From assembly GCA_964016885.1 (NCBI GenBank), contig OZ024743.1, positions 182,032,001 through 182,096,000 on the forward strand: 64,000 nt of DNA, in the 5' to 3' direction. Position 1 is the stretch's first letter. The number at the start of each line of letters is the position of its first letter. Shown in pieces: positions 58,538 to 64,000 of the stretch. Made by a program: the position numbers and the translations under genes. The stretch comes from Eledone cirrhosa (taxonomy: Eukaryota). The notes under the pieces are model-generated. The model was not told the DNA's origin and ran no database searches. It worked only from the letters and a program-made list of their open reading frames with translations.

Positions 58538-59586
58538 GGTAAACAGAAATAACAACACAATCGGTACAGTATATGAAAGGGATATATTAAGTTAACGCTT
58601 GATATAGCAGGAAGAGGGTCTTAACGTTTCAGACGCTAGTCCTTGATCAGAAGAAAGAATGAGAAATAAGATAGATTGAGGGGACGGGCGAGTTGGAATT
58701 GGAAAAAATGTCTTTAGATAAAAATAACAGGTCCATTTATGTTGACATCTCTTGCAAAACTGTTGGTGCTGGCGTGTTGTGTATGATTTATTTTTTAGAA
58801 AAGTGGATGATGGAGCGCGTCTACCTGAAATGGAAAAAAACGTTTTGTAAAATGAGCTATACTTGTGCACGTTCGTAAGCATGTGTGTGTATATGTGAGT
58901 AAAACAGTGTGTGTGTGCATGTAAGTACGAAGCTATGAGCAAAAGTATGTTAATATAAGGGTGTGTATGTGTATTCAGAGCAGTGAAGGGAAAAGTGGAG
59001 TGAGCATATATAGTCGGCCTGTATTAGTTGTAAGACATGACAACGAGGGTGGATGTGCAGGTGAAAGAGTGGCGGATAAGGAAAGACCCGTTAGGGCCTT
59101 GTCTATGCCCTCCGGTGTTCCCTTTGCTGGTTTTTATACATCGGACAAACGGGACGCCGTATTGCGGGCCGTTTTGCCGAGCATTTGAGGGACATACAAC
59201 TCAGTTTGGATACTCCTGTCACCCGTCATTTCTCTCCTCCTGGTCATTCTTCGCTACATGTTTCAGTCCAGGGTGTCCTTTTACATCATGGGCCTCGCAC
59301 ACCAGGACTGAACAAAGTCTGATTTACCGCCTTGGGTCCTATTTCCCTCATGGACTCAACTCACCTCCCCAATTTCTCTAATACCCCGCCATTATCACAC
59401 CCCTCGGAGTGGTAGGGTGATGGGGTGGTAGGTGAGAGGGAAAGGAACGCGGGTTTTGGGAGGGCCGGGGTGAGGGGAGAGGGCTGTGGTGCGGTCTGTT
59501 TCACAGGCGCTGGTGAGAGCAGCTTGGATCAGGGTGGAGGGATATCTACGCTGGATGAAGCAGGAAGCAATGCGAAGGAAACGGGT
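58533..59586. mobile_element. Scrambled, multiply inverted fragments of the Neptune-like PLE at 32205
   Basis: 58533-58990 (-) is 3'UTR/pLTR; 59030-59098 (-) and 59100-59380 (+) are GIY-YIG pieces; 59400-59586 (-) reads RVPFPLTYHPITLPLR. Confidence 0.8.
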
Positions 59587-59603
59587 TATATATATATTGG
59601 GCA

Positions 59604-59721
59604 TCCACTGATGAGTTTATAAGGGCCCACTTGTGTATAAAACTATGGATTAAGTTTCTACATAACCTGGAAATTATTTATCCCAAATTGTAGAAATCTT
59701 ATAACGAAACGGCCGTCTGGA
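59604..59721 (+). ncRNA. Type I hammerhead with intact core and a ~90-nt stem II domain
   Basis: tcca-CTGATGA-gtttataag...cttataac-GAAA-cggccg-tc/tgga; palindromic stem III ACGGCCGT, GUC site. Confidence 0.85.
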
Positions 59722-59899
59722 AGGAAAGAGATATTTATTTAATAATGTCTCATATAAAATAATACAACCAGCTATCCACGAAATACTGATTAGTTAGCAC
59801 CCCAAACACTAAATTGGGATGATACTTAGGTATATCCTAATGTTTGTTGAATGAGATGGAGTTAGTTGGAGTATCGCTTAAGGCTTTCTCTGTTTATGT

Positions 59900-59941
<42 letters not shown>

Positions 59942-60075
59942 TAACAGATTGAAGTTTAAGCAAAGAATCGCTGCTTTCACCCTTAGCGTCCGAAACGTTA
60001 AGACCCTCTTCTGCTATATCAAGCGTTAACCTAATATATACTGTACCGATTGTGTTGTTATTTCTGTTTACCTTT

Positions 60076-60156
<81 letters not shown>

Positions 60157-60641
60157 TTTATTAAAATAACAGATTAAAGTTTAAGCAAAGAATCGCTGCT
60201 TTCACCCTTAACGGGATCTTCTGAAACTAACAAAGTCAATCTGTAAACGCAGAACTGGATATTTCAAAAAACGTTGCAACCGGAGGAAGACAGGAAGACG
60301 ATACTTTGGTTCGTGGTAACGTTCGCTGGCAAAGAACGGGAAAAAACGAATAATACGTCATTAATAGGAGCGGTGAAAAACAATTACGTGCAAAGACAGA
60401 ACCACGTTTATGGTATAAAGGAGGTCGTAGACTAATCTTCTCTTAGGTGGTGGATAGAGACGTTCTCTGGCAATGAACGAAAAAAAGGAAGATAATAAGT
60501 CATATGTGGAGCGTGGAGAACAATAGCACGCAAAGACAAAACCACGTAAATGGTATAGCAGAAGTCGTAAACTAAAATTCTAACTAGGAGACCAAATGAA
60601 TCTCCGCTACCGGTTGAGCACTCTACTGACTTATATTCATC

Positions 60642-62771
60642 ATGCAGAAACAACATCTGAATATTTCTACAAAGAACATACCCGTACCAAGCAGGAAAAC
60701 ATACCTAAAACTCCTGATACAGAAAACAGACGCGTTCATTAAAAGGTTGCGTTGGCGTGCCTTTTATTTCGATAATCCGCGTAAAGCAGACAACAAACAG
60801 GATAAATTTGGATTTAAAACCTATAATAACCCTCCGTGGAACCCAGCATTGCTACCCTTCGAAAATGATGTCTTGGAACTCATTCGGAGTATCAAATTTC
60901 GGAATAGGAGCAATTCCTTCCAGCAAGACCTGAAGAATAGAATTCGTTCTATCAAGGATTCTAGCGCCGTGCACGTCCATTCCGACAAAACTGGCAACCT
61001 ATATCAAGTGGAGCGCAGTACTTACCATCAACTACTACATAATGCTGTAACTAAGGATTACCGTAAAACTAATCGGTGCGTCATCAATGAAATCAACGAT
61101 GCTGGGTTTAAAATCACATCTGATCTCAACATCCTGGACCGGACCGAACCTCTGGACCCTATCTCTCCCCACTTTACCCTGAAGGATCACAAATCCAATT
61201 TTCCGAACAACCCATCTATTCGGCTTATTAACCCTACGAAGTCCGATTTAGGTAGACTTAGTAAAACGATTCTTGATAGAATTATACTTGAAATTAGAAG
61301 TTTGGCCCCTCTCGCACTGTGGAACAATTCTTTCGCGGTGATTGATTGGTTCAACGGCATATGTAACAAGGAACATTGCCGTTTTATCCAATTCGACATC
61401 AACAATTACTACTCCTCCATCACTTTACCACTTCTCCTTAGAGCTATCAATTTCGCTAAAATACTCACAGTGGTTAAGGATTTCGAAGTTGATGTCAACC
61501 TTAATGCCCGAAAGTCGGTGATTAATTTCGACGACTCTATTTGGATTAAAAAATCCAATAGTACCCCATTCGACGTGAGTATGGGCGCCAGTGACTCTGC
61601 GGAGGTTACTGATCTTATTGGCCTTTTCCTTCTTTTCTCTATCAAGGACGAATTCCCCAACGCGGGCGGTGGTTTGTACCGTGACGATGGTCTTTTGACC
61701 ATGACTAAGTGCGGACCTCGTGCTTGCGACAGGTTCAGAAAAGAACTCACAGCCTTCTTTAAAGGCTTCAACCTCTCTATACAGGTTGAGGCCAATCTCT
61801 CGGTCGTTAATTACCTCGACGTTACCCTCAATTTATTGAATGGGTTGTATTACCCGTATAGAAAGCCGAATGATACGCTTAATTACAAAAGTAAGCATTC
61901 CAACCATCCTGCCAGCATAACCAAGAACCTGGTTAGAAACGTTTCGTTGAGGCTTTCCCGTCTTTCCACCAACGAGCGCATTTTCAACGACCATTCCACT
62001 TATTACAATGAAGCTCTTGCTCGAAGTGGATTTGTCGATAAGGTAGCATATACAGAGTACGAAAATAGACCTAGAAGAAATAGATCCCGTCGCATTTGTT
62101 GGTTTAACCCACCATATAATATGGAGGTGGCCACACCATTAGCTAAGATCTTTCTTTCCCTTATTACGAAGCATTTTCCCCCTACACATAAATATAGTAA
62201 AATTTTTAATAGAAATACTATTAAAATTTCTTACTCTACGACTCCTAACCTTGCACATAACATCACAGCTTCAAATTTAGCAAAACTACCTAGCCGTAGG
62301 AACACGTGCAACCCTGTAGTTAGTACTAACTGTAATTGTAGGAATCGGGCTGATTGCCCCCTATCCGGGAAATGCCTCTCTAGTAACATTGTCTACAAAT
62401 GTAAGGTTGTAACACCCACGTCCCGTAGGGCCTGCATAGGGTTAACCGCCAATAGTTTCAAGCAGCGTCTTTACATGCATACCCATTCTTTTCGTTACCC
62501 TCTAAGAAGGAATATGACGTCACTTTCAGCTTATATCTGGAGTCTAAAAGACAACCACACCCAATATAAGTTACACTGGGAGATCCTAGCTAGGGCTAGA
62601 TCGTATAACGGAAATAAACGACCATGTGACCTCTGCGCCGCTGAGGCCCTGGAAATACTCTACGCCACAGACCACATCTTAAACAAAAAATCTGAGGCAA
62701 TTTCGGCTTGTAAACATAAATTGCACAAAACTTTCCTGTATTACAGCCCCACGTTATACCCTAACGGATAG
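60642..62771 (+). CDS. PLE polyprotein: reverse transcriptase + C-terminal GIY-YIG endonuclease (resembles the Hydra-type clade)
   Basis: 709 aa uninterrupted: KNIP.P, DKTGN.Y, FIQFDINNYYSSI, MGASDSAE, LYRDD, NYLDV, CNCR..CPL.GKC, IVYKC..CIGLT..FKQR..H, CDLC..E..LNKKSE. Confidence 0.92.
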   Translation: MQKQHLNISTKNIPVPSRKTYLKLLIQKTDAFIKRLRWRAFYFDNPRKADNKQDKFGFKTYNNPPWNPALLPFENDVLELIRSIKFRNRSNSFQQDLKNRIRSIKDSSAVHVHSDKTGNLYQVERSTYHQLLHNAVTKDYRKTNRCVINEINDAGFKITSDLNILDRTEPLDPISPHFTLKDHKSNFPNNPSIRLINPTKSDLGRLSKTILDRIILEIRSLAPLALWNNSFAVIDWFNGICNKEHCRFIQFDINNYYSSITLPLLLRAINFAKILTVVKDFEVDVNLNARKSVINFDDSIWIKKSNSTPFDVSMGASDSAEVTDLIGLFLLFSIKDEFPNAGGGLYRDDGLLTMTKCGPRACDRFRKELTAFFKGFNLSIQVEANLSVVNYLDVTLNLLNGLYYPYRKPNDTLNYKSKHSNHPASITKNLVRNVSLRLSRLSTNERIFNDHSTYYNEALARSGFVDKVAYTEYENRPRRNRSRRICWFNPPYNMEVATPLAKIFLSLITKHFPPTHKYSKIFNRNTIKISYSTTPNLAHNITASNLAKLPSRRNTCNPVVSTNCNCRNRADCPLSGKCLSSNIVYKCKVVTPTSRRACIGLTANSFKQRLYMHTHSFRYPLRRNMTSLSAYIWSLKDNHTQYKLHWEILARARSYNGNKRPCDLCAAEALEILYATDHILNKKSEAISACKHKLHKTFLYYSPTLYPNG

Positions 62772-63667
62772 CACGATCTATACGTGGATATTTTACGTCT
62801 TGATGTGGGAGCTAAGTATATGTTTTGTTTATTCCTTTACTTATTTGCATAGGTAAGTATATATTACCCGTATGTTTTGTGAAGGTAAGTATACCTTCTC
62901 GTACGTATATTTGACTGTTATGGCGTATAATTTTTACATATTCTGGTATTTAGGGTTTGGCTATGTGTATACGGGAGTTTTGCGTCTGCGTGAGTATGCA
63001 GGTTCGTACGTATGGTGGGTGTGTGTATATGTGTACTTCTTGTTTTAGTTGACTTACGTCTCCGAACATTCGTGTATTTATATGTAGGTATGTGTGTGCG
63101 CTTGTTATATACGTATTTATTTACTTATATACGTTTATATAATTATTTATTTATTTGTACACAAGCATACATACACACACATATTTATATGTGCGTGGTT
63201 TTGTATACCTTAGTAAGGTTTTGCGTATGCTTGTGTATCTACGTATCTGTTTGCGTGTATGTATTTATATGTTTCTATTACTTCTGTATTGTATTTATTT
63301 ACTTTGTTCTTAACTCTGTAGCGGAGATTCATTTGGTCTCCTAGTTAGAATTTTAGTCTACGACTTCTGCTATACCATTTACGTGGTTTTGTCTTTGCGT
63401 GCTATTGTTCTCCACGCTCCACATATGACTTATTATCTTCGTTTTTTCGTTCATTGCCAGAGAACGTCTCTATGCACCACCTAAGAGAACATTAGTCTAC
63501 GACCTCCTTTATACCATAAACGTGGTTCTGTCTTTGCACCGCTCCTATTAATGACGTATTATTCGTTTTTTCCCGTTCTTTGCCAGCGAACGTTACCACT
63601 AACCAAAGTATCGTCTTCCTGTCTTCCTCCGGTTGCAACGTTTTTTGAAATATCCACTTCTGCGTTT

Positions 63668-63743
63668 ACAGATTGACTTTGTTAGTTTCAGAAGATCCCG
63701 TTAAGGGTGAAAGCAGCGATTCTTTGCTTAAACTTTAATCTGT
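63668..63743 (+). ncRNA. Extended type I hammerhead variant (core CAGAAGA)
   Basis: Stem I acagattga[ctttgtt]agttt / aaact-ttaatctgt; CAGAAGA; t-ccc-gttaa-ggg-t; GAAA; stem III agca/tgct; CUU site. The same motif occurs at 60169-60244 (-) and 34203-34278 (-). Confidence 0.7.
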
Positions 63744-63870
63744 TATTTTAATAAATATTTGCTCTACGGTTCTTATATATTTGATATATATTTTCCTTAT
63801 CGAGCCCTCTTTGGATTTTAGTCTTCAATTTTATTATTATTACTATATATATAATATATATATATATATG

Positions 63871-63901
<31 letters not shown>

Positions 63902-63948
63902 GATATAAATAATATATATATATGATATATATAATATATATATATATG

Positions 63949-64000
<52 letters not shown>

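Larger units (their letters stand above)
60154..63845 (+). mobile_element. Near-intact Penelope-like element with an inverted 5' pLTR
   Basis: Inverted repeat 60154-60610 / 63318-63758 around the ORF; element embedded in (TA)n on both sides. Confidence 0.92.

Noticed and set aside
60642-63758. Selenoprotein/SECIS-type PLE
   Set aside because: The ORF has no in-frame TGA and I found no convincing SECIS fold in the 3' region.

Overview
Eukaryotic (animal) repeat-dominated DNA. The SINE families, the very dense (TA)n/(CA)n/(CATA)n/(GA)n microsatellites and the transposon mix look most like a coleoid cephalopod such as Octopus; this is an inference. I recognise no host protein-coding exon, and most ORFs in the track are microsatellite artefacts. 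The window holds: (1) about five Penelope-like element (PLE) families, including one uninterrupted 709-aa RT + GIY-YIG ORF (60642-62771) framed by an inverted pseudo-LTR; (2) about ten hammerhead-ribozyme (HHR) loci, several with non-canonical cores; (3) R4/Dong-type RLE LINEs and a bipartite RTE-derived element, all sitting in (CATA)n tracts in opposite orientations; (4) a 3.7-kb, ~74-bp minisatellite amplified from the endonuclease-coding end of a CRE-like LINE, and a 61-bp array amplified from an RTE ORF; (5) Helitron pieces, hAT/piggyBac/TA-flanked MITEs, an LTR with a tRNA-Trp PBS, and two tRNA-derived SINE families; (6) an unexplained ~260-nt multi-hairpin segment at 20.8-21.1 kb. All calls were made by eye. 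Boundaries and copy numbers are approximate and nothing was searched against databases.
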